A DNA stretch of 64,000 nt, taken from NCBI GenBank assembly GCA_973851085.1, contig OZ316775.1:806001-870000 (forward strand). The letters run 5' to 3'. Positions within the stretch are counted from its first letter, which is position 1. The number at the start of each line of letters is the position of its first letter. This DNA comes from Ptychomitrium polyphyllum (Eukaryota). Shown here piece by piece: positions 1 to 13,650 of the stretch. The position numbers and the translations under genes are program-made. Below the pieces are notes generated by a model, which saw only the letters and a program-made list of their open reading frames with translations, had not been told where the DNA came from and searched no databases.

Positions 1-102
1 ATCGCAAAGCACTCGTTAGCACTGGTTTCAAACACTCAACGCACTCAACTACACTCTTACTGCATAAATGCACAGGCAAGTAAGAGGAGGCTTCAGTATG
101 CA

Positions 103-2010
103 ATGACATTTCTCCGTTTGTGGTCACTAAAATTCGAAAAATACGCACCGGCGAAAGCACTTGCACATCGTATGCTGATTGCTCAGAAACACCAGCGTGT
201 GAGTTCACTTCGGGAGAGAGGTGCCAGGCTCTGCAACGAGGAGATGAGGGCAGCACTCGAACGGAGGTCCTGGAGCAGCAGCCCTCTCCGTGTTGCATTG
301 TCAGATATGCGTCCGACGTGGGTGCTGGACGTGGCTGACAAGCTCCGAGTGCCGCGCAACACTTTGTGCACCGTGCCTGCCTGGGACCTCGCCTTCACCC
401 TCACGGTAAGACAAATGGACCACTTGCATCGCTCCGCAACCTCGACCTGCACGCTGGAATGACTCGATTGTTTCACGTTACCTTCGCAGTTCCGACGGGT
501 TTCGAAGGTGTCTGGACAGAATCAGGATATGATGCAATTCTTTTGGTCTCGGTGGTGAGAGGATTGGGAAACTAGACATCTCGGATCCTGCACCTCACTC
601 CAATGCTTCGCGAATTATTTTTCATGTCTAGCGAGTATCTTTGTACACGGGATCGTTTCCAGCTGAAGAGAAATCAGATCCACAATTACTTCTGCAGTTT
701 GGTGCTTGCAGGTACCGGAACTCTCTTGGGAGAAAGGAGCTGCCCTCCAACGGACTGGGAGTTTTGTGGTGCCTTACATGGATTCAGATTCTTATTGCAG
801 ATTTCAGAGATTTTGCCAACTCTGCTTTCAAACGTTCCAAGGATGCAGAGACATGGGTCCAACTCAACCGACAGGATCAAATGTCTGAGGTGGGAAATTG
901 GTCGGACACTCAAGCCTCTGCGTCGGTCATTTGCGTTTCCTCCGGCAGTCTTGCACCAGTCCCCGAGAAGGACATTGAAGATCTTGCTCTTGAAGTCGCC
1001 AACTATCCATTTGTGTGCATGTATCGGCCGCCCGAAATCCCACGGGAGAGCAATCAAACTAACTCTCATTCCGCCACACACGAAGACGGCCTTGAAGAGT
1101 GTTTCCCTGTAGGTGAGAATTCCATTCCTCCGGCATCGTTCATGTACTCTCGGAACATAGATCTTGACAAATTCGTCACATAGTGAGAATGGTCAGACTG
1201 CAATTGTCCATGTCTAGGAGGACGAAGATCGCTCCATGGCAGTAGTCCGGAAGACGGTACACACTTTAGGATATTTGTTTCGTTTCGTGTCTTGATCACT
1301 GAACAACGCTGAAGTACACGGTGGCGGCATGAGGTTGCGAGATCTTATTAGGCGCAGGATGGTCCGACATCCCTTATCGAGGTGCAGGATTTCAAGGCCG
1401 ACTTAGCGGGCGTGCCATGCTGATCAACAGCTGGACTCATCGACCGCGAATCCTTACATCGCGCCGTCGGAGCATCCGTGACTCACCGTGGATGGAGTTC
1501 TACTATGGAATCTGTGTGTGCGGGGCTTCCGATGCTATTGACCATTTGGGGCGAATCAAATATTGAATGCAAGGTTTGCACCCTACTCAGCCCACATGCC
1601 AATTCATAGAGGCTAGAACACCAACCTAAGCCATGAACTAGGCAATGAACTGCAGGTCGTGACGATAGCGCAACGGATTCCTTGATCTCTCCGTCTGCTC
1701 AATGTCATACTTGGTACAATCAGACACGCCGTTGATCTTCCACAGGGTGACAGTCCCTTGCCTTGGTTAGGTTGTGTAACCCCCCCACAGGTTCATCGCC
1801 GATACTGCTCGAGTGGGGCTGAGGGTCCACAGAAACGAAGATGGCGCGGTTAACCAGAACGAGATCGAAAAGACGTCGAAGCAGATGATGAAAGGTGAAG
1901 AAGGAAAGGCAGCCAGATCAAGAGCACTCAAATTTCAAACTTGAAGCGCAGAAGAATGTCACTGATAATGGGGGCGTCAAGGATCGACTTGGACAAATTC
2001 GGACACCAGG
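103..2010 (+). pseudogene. Degenerate family-1 UDP-glycosyltransferase (non-processed pseudogene; 5' end probably upstream of the window)
   Basis: UGT-like segments in the correct order but in different frames: SDMRPTWVLDVADKLRVPR (~301-357); WSDTQASASVICVSSGSLA..DIEDLALE..YPFVCMYRP (~898-1035); a PSPG box at ~1432-1573 (W..RPRIL / HRAVGASVTHRGWSSTMESVCAGLPML / PFGANQILNA) broken by two frameshifts; a GT-AG intron at 1574-1790; and a last exon FIADTARVGLRV..NEIEK..MKGEEGKAARSRA with TGA at 1942-1944. Confidence 0.85.
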
Positions 2011-2790
2011 CGCACACCAGATTCACCCTGCCATGGTTCCTCCTGCCAACGTCAAGTCATCGAACTTCATGGACAGACTCGACTCTAAGTAACATCGTTA
2101 GGAAAATATATAGAATCGGTTTGAACGGCAAAAACATTCGAGAAAGACCACAAGGAGTTACCAAAGCTTCCACAAAGCAGAAAATCCACAAAGGGTTCGT
2201 AGGGCTTTCGCCGTCTGAGGCGGAAGTGCGTGCAGCCGAGTCGTCATCTTGACTTGACCACCATGCTTGGAAGTCCAACTTTTTCTGGCTTGCCACATCC
2301 CAATCCCGAGCGTATAGCGAGTTACTCCAACTACTGAACATTGTCGCCTGGAGATAGATTGCAGAAGACCGGCGGTTGCGATGAAAGAATCTCAGCGTTC
2401 AGGTTCGGAACACATAGCCGGAAACACCATTGAATGATCGCATTAGGTACCCACGAATAGTGTGGGAGCTGACGACACAAAACCAGAGAGGGAGATAGTT
2501 CTAAGACGTCCGAATCTCCGAGGCTTATCAGAAGAGTCCAAACCCGAACATGTGCTGCATGTCCGTTCAACATCCTAGCCATCACCCCATACAGGACAAA
2601 CTTGAACGCTAAGGACCACAGCACCGAGACGACATAAATGGCAAGAACCTGAGAGAAACCACTCTCTGTACACAACACTATCGTCTTTACAAACAAGTCT
2701 AGTGGAATATCAGCGTTCCACCAGGCATGCCGCTCTGGCGAGTGATCCACTCTTATCAGTTTACACGCTATAGGGTTTCCGTCGGAAAAA

Positions 2791-4143
2791 CTAGTTGAAC
2801 GGGCACACTGTCATGCCTTTGGCAGTCTTTGGGCGCTCCAAGCATCTGCTCTTCCATGCCATGACCTTGGGAAAACTCTTTAGCCCAAGCTTCTCACCCC
2901 CGTGGTAACCCGTCTCCAGACATGCAACCCATGGAAAGATAGCCATGTCAGCAATGGAGTATCCGTCGTCGATGATAAACTCCCGACCCTCCAGGCGCTT
3001 CTCCACGACGCCTAACAAACGCTTGGCTTCGTTGGTGTACCGCTCCACCGGGTATGGGTCCTGGCACTTGTCCTTGGCATACTTGAAGAAATGGCCGAAC
3101 TGGATAAAACATGCAGCACAAATTAGTCGAAAGAGATCATGCTGACCTACCACAGTTGAGTCTTGCACGCAGCCCAGGGGCCCTGTCTATAAAACGACTC
3201 GAAGGCAAAAGCTGAAAAGATCGAGATCGTTCGGGAGCTGATCATACCTGCCCGAACATTGGCCCGACCCCACCCATCTGGAACATTACCCACTGGATGG
3301 TTTCCCATTTCAGGCGAGGGTTAGGAGACAAGAATTTCCCAGTCTTCTCTGCAAGGTACAGCAAGATTGCACCGCTCTCAAAGCAGTTGAACTCTTTTCC
3401 GTCTGCCACACTCCAACAGTTGCATTATCAAGTGAACAAGTGCTCCCGTACCCTTGACAACTCATAATCGACGCTAGGCAAAAGAGACAACCTGCGCAGA
3501 GATAGTTCCGACTTCATCCTAAACACCTGAGGTTTCTCTAGATCTCTGAAATCGAACACTGCGACAGCATGTCCGCTGACCTGGACCGTTGGGATCGACA
3601 ATAGCAGGAATCTTGGAGTTTGGATTGATAGCAATGAACTCCGGTGTAAACTGGTCGTTCTTCATGATGTTGATGGTATGTGGCTCGTACTCCAGATCCA
3701 TCTCTTCAAGAGCTACACTAACCTGTGTCAACCAAGCAAGACTTAGGGCTCGGTACGAGCTGATACGAGCTGCGGCATCCGGGGAAGTCACCATTCTAAC
3801 AATCCGAGGCAAGCAGCAATGGAGATGATGGAGATGATGTCGCATGTAAACGGTAATCCACTCGACACCAAAAGGTCATTTCACACATAATTGAAGTGAC
3901 AGTCGCGCACTAAAACACCCACCACGTGCCCTCGACGGATTAAAATAATGCATGCCCACCGCAAGCGTGATCAAATGCCTCAAAGCAGCACCTTCTCTCA
4001 GCAAAGCACAACTGCGATACTACGATGTACTCAGTGTGAACACCGAGCCTAACCCTTCCAGACAACGAACGCCGCGTCGCGACAAAGCTCACCTTCTGGC
4101 CGTTGGGCGTGGCCAACCCATAATACTGAATCTTCGACGCCAT
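2791..4143 (-). CDS. Glutathione S-transferase, Ure2p/YfcG(GSTN)-like class, ~218 aa, 4 exons
   Basis: Exons 4143-4093, 3722-3581, 3402-3248 and 3099-2791 join in frame (657 nt) with GT-AG introns. Motifs: [74 protein letters not shown]. Confidence 0.95.
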
Positions 4144-6250
4144 TGATCCGTTCGCTAGCTTCGCCGAACGAAGCGCTGGTGACAAAATCCTGGATTCCCA
4201 CATTACGAAACACCGTCCAGTCACCAACACCCAGCAGCACGGTCAGATCACCATACCGCCCCCGGGAAAAGAAAGGTAAACTACAACAGCAAAAACTCGA
4301 GGACTCTACACATAATTCTCACTTCCCATGCATATCTGGAGGCAATCGCACCAGTCCGCTCTAAAGCACGCAGGAAACGATAGACACCAGTTCACCTTCA
4401 GGAGGGGGCTTCAGAGTGGGCGACCTTGGACTAAAGCTCGCAGCTTCGGTGCACACATGTAGAAATGGAACTGCAGGTGAAGGTGACGAAGCACTTGCAG
4501 CTTATACAAGCAGGAGGTTGCAAGGGATGAGGGCGATCTACAGCACCGTGGCATGAACCAGCGGGCAACAACGATGGCTTCCCCGGGTCGGAGCATTGCA
4601 GGCAAAGCTGACAAGGTGAAGCTTCGCTTGGGCTTTCCATGTGGGCGCTGTTGTTGGTGGGGACCAGATGGATGAGCAGTTCTCAGTGTAGCCATGCGAC
4701 ACTTGCTGCCTGGATTGCTGCAGTGCGTCCTAGCTGGCTGCGGACACGGCTGCTGGCGTGGAGCTCCTGACGATCGTCATACGACCCCTTTGAACCCATG
4801 GCATTATAGAGCAGCGCTGTAGGGGTACCCTTGTCCCACCCCTCAAAGTGGCGTATGTGCAGAGCATTCTGGGAAAACCCTCTTTCTAACTCGTCAAGAT
4901 GTGACCCATACGGAAAGCCGTGTGGTTACACCGCAGCTTGCGAGAGTTTACATGCCAAGTCACCAGGACTACACTCATGCCTCCATGCTCTCATTGCCAT
5001 ATGCCTTTGTGATCATGGAGGATTGTGGAAGTGCTCAGTGCTCAGTGCTCAGTAAAATTTGCTTGTGGAATTCGTTGCGAGCTGTAGTGCAATCCTAAGA
5101 TGGTAAGAGTCTGTCATTGGGCAAAATTGTTGGAAATCCATATCACAGTTATTGCTATCACTTCCTCCTGTTTCTTATTGCCATCACCTTTTCCAAATGT
5201 ATGGATGAATTGCTTTGGTGATAGAAGAATGATACTTTTTGCAAAAGTGTATGCTTGTGAAGGTGTTTGAGGTGTTCCCTTTCAGTTTCTTAGCACCATG
5301 CAAATCGCATAGAAAGAATGTAGGCATCGTTCATGTTTAAATGTTTATGAATGTTTCGAGGAAGGTAATCAAAATTTATTGTTAATTGTAGCGTTTTTCA
5401 TATCATTTCAAATGATAGTTTTTATGAAAAATATAGTATGAATGGCTACCTTTACCATTACCTTTGTATTTAGGCATGTACAAAGTTCCAATCTATTGGG
5501 AACAATAAAAAAAAAATTAAATGATTCTCATAAAACTCTAATAGATAAGAAGGTAGCTCAACTTGACTGTATATAAGTTTGATAGCTGTAGAATTTAGCA
5601 AGATTCAATACAATAATATATAGGTTGTAAATAAAGTGTGCAATTTTACAATGAGAAAATTTTCTTTTAGCAATATCAAGATAAATCATTTTGAGTTTTG
5701 GTATACAATAGAAACAAAGGTAAAATAAGACTAATCAGAAGATTTTGGCTTGAATTAGAAATTGAAGCCAATCATGAAGAATTGGTTATGTATTATGAAA
5801 ATTTTTATATTGCTATTCCATATAAACCTTTCTTTGTTTCCATTATGGTATGCAATTTTTTAAAATTATTTGAAAGATCGGTTGTGTTGATTGGTTAGAT
5901 TAGACTTCAAATGGTAAGTTCTCTTTAAAATAATTTGGAAAAGTGAATATTATCAAAAAGTTGTCAATACATTCCTAAAGTAATCATGGATAGAAGGAAT
6001 GATATTTTATCTACTATGGATATTTACAAAGGCACAATGGAACTCACAAAAGCATATAGCTTCATTAAACAAGAGCTTTGAAAAGTAACAATCAAAATTT
6101 TATAATATACTAAATCGTGATTCAACAAATGAAAAGTTAATAAACTTAGGTAATCATTAGCAACACCAACTAATTATTTTAATAAAATCACCCAATTATT
6201 ATGCATTAGAGGTTAGAAGAGATTTTAGAAGAAATAAAAGGTTGGATATG

Positions 6251-7413
6251 TATCGCACATCTCTTCTTCAAGAATGCTCGCAATACTAAAGGGACAATGG
6301 GAACTCCGAAATAACGTCCGGGAATTATGGTGTTGACGATGAGCTGATCCAAGTGGACCTAGTGTGGAAAAGGTCCCGAAGGAAGGGGTGGTACATCTTT
6401 GCCCACAAAGACTAAAAGCCACAAGGAAGAAGCCAGCGGCATTGAATGCCTCACAATAAATTGATTCTAAAATGCTAAGGATTCCTCAAATTGGACAAGA
6501 GAGCTAGAAGATACGGAACTCCAATATTGGGGCTGACCAAGGGCTATTCTAGACTGTAGCTATCATGGACTGTGCTAGACTAGGACAGTGTAGGGAGGAA
6601 CTTCGTAGGAGTCCTAAACCTTGGGAGAGGCATATCCTCCAAAATACTAATTCAAATTGGACGTTTGAGGAGTTTATCGACATCTATGCAAAGAGTAGAT
6701 GACGATAAGTTGGTTTCTTGATAGATTTGAAGACCGGACATAGAAGATATGGGACCCTAAAGGTCCGCAGGAAGTTCTGGAGGCTCCCAGTGATTAAGTT
6801 CCAAGGAAGATCGGATGGTCTTCTAAAGCTTTGGGTGTGTCGGGATTTGGCCAACTACAAAGGGCCTAGGGGCTTGCCAAATCCCACAAAGAGTACTATA
6901 AGGAGGTTTGGTCTTCTTCCCTACTTCCATAGTGTCCCGGTAGTAACCAAGAGGGAGTCTCGGTGGGTGGAGTTAGTGTTGGGTCTTCACCACGGGGATT
7001 GCCACACCATTGTAAGCTGGTGAGTGGCCAGTTTCATAAAGAAAGCTAGTGAGTTCTCAAGTGTGCGCAAAGTGCCACTATTTTGAGGTGATGTCTCCAC
7101 GCCGGTACCATGGTGGCCCGAGGTGATCATAGGATCATATGGAAATCATGAGTGGTGGTAAGGAAACACCACTAAATGCGGTTAGGTTGTATAGAATGGA
7201 AGTAATACCAAGTGAAGCCTTGGATATGAATGGAAGTCTGCGCCTACCCATTGACTTTCAACCAATTGAATGTCCTAAGAAAAATGAGTAGGAAGAATTG
7301 AAAACCAAGCCTGGGGCTTGGTAAGTGAAAATGGGGGCTAACCAAATGCACATAGAGGTGTACAAGATTGGCGTAGAGGATGCTTGTTAAGGGGCAATGC
7401 AAAGGTTGTGACA
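6251..7413. mobile_element. Probable degraded solo LTR
   Basis: A ~1.16 kb block clearly less AT-rich than both flanks. Termini tatcgca...tgtgaca form an imperfect TG..CA inverted pair. Flanking 5-mers atatg (6246-6250) and acatg (7414-7418) match 4/5 as a target-site duplication. No recognisable coding content. Confidence 0.45.
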
Positions 7414-8394
7414 ACATGACTTAGCTCCAAGTTGTTTGTATTAAATATTGATAGATTAGAAAATTTGTTTTGTGGAAGGATGGGTGGTAAGATGTTCCAA
7501 ACCTTATCATTGAAATATTATTTTTAAATCTATAGTATTTTAAATCCTATTATTGGAAGTTTTTACTTTTGGCATTTGTGATTGAAACCCTTTTAGATTT
7601 AAATAGGTAATAAACTTAGAAAAGTTGTAAGAACATGAGTGTAAATTCTAACCTACTCACTGGCGTTCAGCATTCAAATACTTAATACGTTTAAAAATGG
7701 AGTTTTACCAAATTATATATGTTCAGTGGATTTAGGCATGACCAAGCTATTGTATATGGTATTAAATTTTGATGACACTTGGAATAATAGAAATAGAAGT
7801 TCAAGTTTGGCTCTATAGTAGAATTGAAATTGGCGGGGCACAACCTACGTTCCTCATTATGGCAAGATGGAAGTAATTGTTTGAGGCCTCAAATTGCTTT
7901 GTCTCCAAAGAATATTGTATACATTGTGTAAGTGTTCAAATATGTTTTGGTGTTGTTTAGATAACAGTGTTGAAGGACTTCTTATGAGATCCATGGAATC
8001 AATACTATAATACACCCATATAATTATATGACTTACAAAAGTTCTACTAATTTGTATTAGGTAATAATTAAGGCAATTGCTGGAAGAAGTAGAATTTAAA
8101 AAGAAAAACCACAACGAGTGATTTTTGACGTTCTTTTTGCATGTGGCCTTGATTTGTACCCATTTCTTTTATGTTATATCAATTATGGATTTTTAAATGT
8201 CAAATGGTGTACTTTATTAATAAAGAATACAAAAAACTAGTAGTTGATACTAAATGGTTTTCAAAAATTAGCTTATATATAACCAATCATTAACAAGAAT
8301 TGAAACAAAGTCTGGTACAAGGATATAATATAGTATGATCCACAACTTATATTTGTAAGACTAAGGTATACCTTAGCTTTCTTCCTAGTTATAT

Positions 8395-11300
8395 TGTAAC
8401 GCTTGTATTTCTTAGAATACGTCTTATGAAGCTTTTTATGAAGTTCAATAATATTCTAAAAGTCTATGGAACATTCTTAAGAAGTTTTTCAATAATTGGA
8501 ATGGCTATAGAAGCATTGAAAGTATTCAAAGAAACTGCTGTAATGTTCCAGAAGGTTTTAAGAGATTCAAAAGATTATGTTGCATGATTTATGTCTTTTG
8601 TGAGCCAAATAAATCTTTCCATTAATTGGGAAGACTAATTGCCCACATAGTCCTAATTACGTTGTAGTTTAGATTAGTTTGTCTAGGTATTTTCATGAGC
8701 TGAAAATTTACCTTTTTTTGTAAGTGGCTACCTTCCAACTTACAAGAGTTAACTAATTAAAAGGACATGTGGCTAAATAAAAGGCTAAATGGAAGGTGAT
8801 TAAGTCCAAAAATATAATTAGGAGAAATTTACCTTGTCATTGTGATTTTAATTCTAATCAACATCAATATCAATCCTAAATTCAAGGCCTTAGGGTTCAA
8901 AATGGCCAAGAATCCACAACAATTCAAAAGATAGCATATCAGCCAAAGATCTAACATCAACAATATAAAAAGACAAAATACTAACTCTAACTTCTACGCC
9001 TCCAAATTCCGCATAGGGCTCCAAACTCCTTGGCGCTCAATTGCTTGTCATTGTCTTGTCAACTCTTGAAATTGCGCCTCCTATAACTTGTTGGAAAACT
9101 TACTTCAAGGCGCTCCAACCCTCAAAATCTCAAGTTCAACCCCCAATTCTACAATTAGCTATGGCGGTTCAAAGTCAGCCATTTTTTTTGCCTAAGTCTT
9201 TTCCCCTATTTACAGTCAACCTTCCTTTTTCCTAACTGCCTTCCTATATTGCTAAAATTTTGATCCTCTAAAATCAACTTTAACTATTGGATACCTAAAC
9301 TCTTCTACACCTCAAAAGTTTTATTCAAAATACTTATTTCTCCTTTCCTCAAAACTACTTGTATAAAACTAATGGTCCAACTACTCCAAAACCTAACTCT
9401 AAGTTTAACTATTTTTTGCTCAAAAAGACTAAATAGTGTGCTCCAAATTAACTCTTGTTTGCTAAAAAAAACTAAGTATATTTCTGCTTGCTTTCTCCCT
9501 CCTTTTATAGGAAACCTCACTTCCTTACTCCATTCTCACTGTTTGTTGAAATTTCTAGGCCACTTGACCCTAATTCATACTTTGATTTTTTCCTAAATGT
9601 AGCTGCTGCTCTAAAGTTAGCTATTTTTTTATATTTAGCTGCAATTCTAAAATCAACAACAGTTCTAGATTTTCACTATTGTTCTAAATTTAGTTGCATT
9701 TTCACTACCATTTTAAATTTAGCTGCAGTTCTAAAATCAATAGCAATTGTATCCAAGTTGTAGAATTCATCTTTTCTTCTATGATTCCATTCTTGCATTG
9801 TCCTCAAGTGCCATGGACCATGAGCATCTGCCTACCCGCCCTTTACTTCTCTTAATAACAACTATAATCCAACTTCTTTTGTCCTAATTAAACCTGATTT
9901 CTTCTACAATGTTAAATTTTGTCGTTTTCTTAAGAAAAAATCTATAATGAGCTGATTCTATAGCCCACATCTTTGACATGACTTCTTCCTTTAGCAAAGA
10001 ATCTTACGATGAACTTTTATTGTGGCTTATTTATCACTTCTCTATAAATTCTAGATTTTGCCATAAAAAGAAAGCAAAATAGTCTATTTGTTGTTCTTTG
10101 TCCACTCGCTCAACGAATCCTGGCAAGAAACGCCAACAACCACTATCCAAGACTTTTGCTGTTGAAATATCTTCAATGCAGGATTTGATCTTAATTAAGT
10201 TCTTCAAAACATCCTTCCAACAGGTTCTTTGATCCTCTTGAAGTGACCTTTTTAACTTCTAATAAGATGATTAAGTCTCAAGCATTTGAATCAAGACTGA
10301 ATTGTAATGGACAACCAGCCAATATTTCTATTGTTGGAATGCTTCTATTATATCTTGACTTATATCTTCTGGTCTTGAAGGTTGAGAAAGTTGAATTGGT
10401 TTAATAGATGTTGCTATTAAAGAAGGCTCGGTCAATTGTTCTTCACTCATATCCATGATAATACAAAAATTTAACATATTAAATAAGATCTAAAGATGAT
10501 CTATCTTGGAAATAATGATGTATACAATTTAAGGTTGGATATTACTTCTTCCTTCTTATATTTGTGTATGGAAATATCTTTTCCGTGAAGCTAACGGCTA
10601 TTGATTTATTATAATACGTCATCAATGATTTGATTTTGGAGGATATCTTTGATGGAATTTGCATACCTTCTTAGATGCATTTGTCACATTCATTGAAGGT
10701 TTCTATATATGATCATTGATGTTATATCCTTGCCAATGTACAAGGTATTCTACATGTCTATTTTTGATGTGTGAATTTAAAATCTTTTAACTTCATACTT
10801 CATTTCATTATTGATTTCCACCAAAGGAGGCTGAGAATCAAACCTCCCTAATGTGTATGATTTATTGTAGGTTTTTAATATAGATATATGAAACATTGGA
10901 TGAATCTGCATAATTAGTCGTAGACTGGTAGTTTGAAGCAATAACTAATTGAATTTATTTATTTGCTTATTTCAAACGGCCCAAGCCTTTGACAGTCCAA
11001 CTTCTTTTACAGTCTCTTATTTGTATGTTTTGTCATAGGAGCCATACGCTATCTTCAACCTTGAATTTTGTATGGTCCTTCCAATGACAATTTTCATAAG
11101 TTTTATACCAATCTTGAGCTTTTTGTAATTGGAAAGCAAGTTTTTGGTAGATTTTAGCAAGTTGAGCTGCAAAATCTTCTAACATGCTTCACTTGAATTG
11201 ACTTTGCTTAAGGATGATGGCCATAGTTTGCAATGAATTGACTTTTTCTTGTTGAAGAATGCATCAAATTATTAGGAGAAAACTCTGTCAAAGATAAGAA

Positions 11301-12330
11301 GTCCATTCAATTGTCTTGGTGGTAGTTTATATTGCAACAAAGGTATTGTTCCAAAATTTGATTCACATATTTGTTTTGACCATCAATTTGCAAATGGTAT
11401 ACTAATGAAAGGTTATTTTTTACATGCAACAACTAAATTAAAGTTTTCCAAAAGTTGGAAATGAACTGCTAATCTCAATGAAGAATATTATTCGGTAATC
11501 CATGTGTGTAGTAGATGTGATTTAGCAAGAACTTGGCCAATTCTTCTTCCATTACTGTCTTGTTAAATGGAATGAAATGCACCATCTCAGGGAATCAATC
11601 CACTACTATTAGAATAGATTCCTTAAAATTATAATTGAAAAAGTTCTTAATAAAATCCAATGACAAAGCAACTATGGATCTTTTGGCACTACAAAAAGAT
11701 GGAATGACCATAAGGTTGGTGTCTTGGTATCTTGGCCCTTGTGCAATTGTTGCATAATCAAATAAAATCCTTCACAAGATTTCTACATTTGTGGCTATTA
11801 ATAGTCTCTAAGAATTAGCTCCATTTTTTTATTGAATCCAAAATGCCTTGCCACTAGAAAATCATGGTATGATTGAAGGATTTTCAATCATAAAGGTCTT
11901 AGAGGTAGGAACAAAATTCTTTTATACCTAAAATAGGTCCATTTGAAATTAAAAACTTTCATCACTATTTGAAGGATTTTTGTTGTCTTTTAGGTGCTTT
12001 TTCATATTTGAAACAAAGATATTATTCCTCAAAGTCCTTCAAAGATTATTAAGATAGGATGTTGTGACAATGGTTAATGCGTTTAATTGAAAATTCTAAG
12101 GCTTCAACAAAATAGTCCTATATTGATCCAAATTTTCACCTCCACATTTGAAAGCCAAATAAGATCTTTGAGATAGCACATTTCTTTTACCTTGAAAGAT
12201 ACAAGGTCAATACGTAATGACAAAGTCAAGTTTGAAAAGTGATATATTCCACTTTGCTTGATGGCGATCTAGAACATTTGCATTTATAAAGTATTCCAAA
12301 TTCTTGTTGTTTGTGTATATTGTGATGATA
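8395..12330 (-). mobile_element. 5'-truncated, degenerate Ty3/gypsy chromovirus (Tcn1-like): end of RNase H, integrase, chromodomain, 3' region and probable 3' LTR
   Basis: Minus-strand remnants with many stops and frameshifts: IYTNNKNLEYF..LDRHQAKW (~12320-12250, RNase H end); HDFLVARHFGFNK (~11867-11830, integrase zinc-finger region); YH..IDGQ (~11400-11378); KKLDCQRLGPFEI (~11008-10970, GPY/F); MQIHPMFHI; chromodomain ILNSHIKNRHVEYLVHWQGY..NASKKVCKFHQRYP (~10783-10640). The putative LTR at ~8395-8853 (plus strand begins TGTAACGC) is less certain. Confidence 0.8.
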
Positions 12331-13266
12331 CATGTTGTGATACTAATTAAAGCATGTACATTGTAATTGAGACATTGATGATGTATGCAAAAATCATACC
12401 AAATTACAAATAAAAACTATTTGTCCTAAAGTCCTAAAAAATCAATGTATTACTTTCTTTTTGGTACCCTCAACCATGCAAAAGGATTTACTACATTATT
12501 TTTGTATTGTATTTTATTTACTTGTAATCTGAGTATGATGGCCAACTTAAGAGACCAACTTATTCCTTGACCAACTTAATATAATTTCATTTTACTGGAT
12601 TTTGAATTTTACTTATATTTATGATTTGTTTTAGAAAATTTTAAATGATAAAATAAATAATTCTCAATCTCTCAGCCATTCTCATTATTATTTTCCTTTC
12701 CTTAAAGGCTAATTAGACCTCCATCCAATTTCTTCTATGACTATTTATCTCTCACCCATTCCCACTATTCTTTCCTTTCCACCCATTATGGTCACTGTTC
12801 TTTCATTTTCACTGGTTCTTTCACTGAGTAAAATAATCAACAAACACTTAACCTGGAAAATCAACATGGCCAAGCTCGATGAAGCTTTGCCAAAGTATCA
12901 GAAGCTCAAATGGTGCAATATGCTTGAACAGGTACCAGAAGATTGTCTCTGCCAAAGACCCAAATAATCATCAAACTACAATCATGGTCAACTCAAAAAC
13001 AAAGATAGTGTCCCAGGAGAAGCTAGTGACGGAGATACTAACAGTCTCAATGTGCAACCACGATTGCAGTGTTCCAAACGTTCTAATTACAACTTTAGTT
13101 TCTTCATTCCATTGGCTCATTTTCGCTCCGTACCCATTTGGAACTTTGGACTGTTCATCTGACGTGTTAGACAGAATCAAGGGCTGTTGGGATTATTACA
13201 TTTGTGATACTGTCTAGCAAGGTTTTCCTTCGAAGAAATTCAGGACGGAAGCACCGTTGAAATCCA

Positions 13267-13650
13267 TCATACAACAACATTGAGAAACTTGAATTTTAAA
13301 GAAGAAATCATGGACCAAAATGACATACCTAATGTCGTTAGTATTTTTATCTGGACTCCAAAAGAATAGACATCAAGCGGTGAAACTATCGTCACTGGTG
13401 AGAAGTCATAAAAACATCTACAACTGCTCATGTAGTCCAAGGTCTCTACTTTCTTACAAAATTTGATGTTCACATCTGCTGTTTTCGAAGTTATTATTTG
13501 TGACACTCTGAAATTTTCTGAAACCAACCAATGTCATTGGAAATGAACATAAAATACCAAATTACTCTTGATTCAATGATATTTAAAAATATTAAAAGTC
13601 TGGATGCAATGAAAAAGGTGTGTCATGTCGCAAGAAATTATTTTGTGGCA
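13267..13650 (-). pseudogene. Highly degraded receptor-like kinase domain fragment (possibly LysM-RLK type)
   Basis: Colinear kinase-like remnants across frames: LAT*HTFFIA (L.W..R..IA), YVH, LVSENFR (LLDxNFR), VETLDYM (VGTxGYM), VSPLDVYSFGV..ILT (subdomain IX, DVYSFGV at 13374-13354). Confidence 0.5.

Noticed and set aside
2331..2750. 139 aa hydrophobic minus-strand ORF
   Set aside because: GTG start, lies in the expected GST 3'UTR, and shows no family signature.
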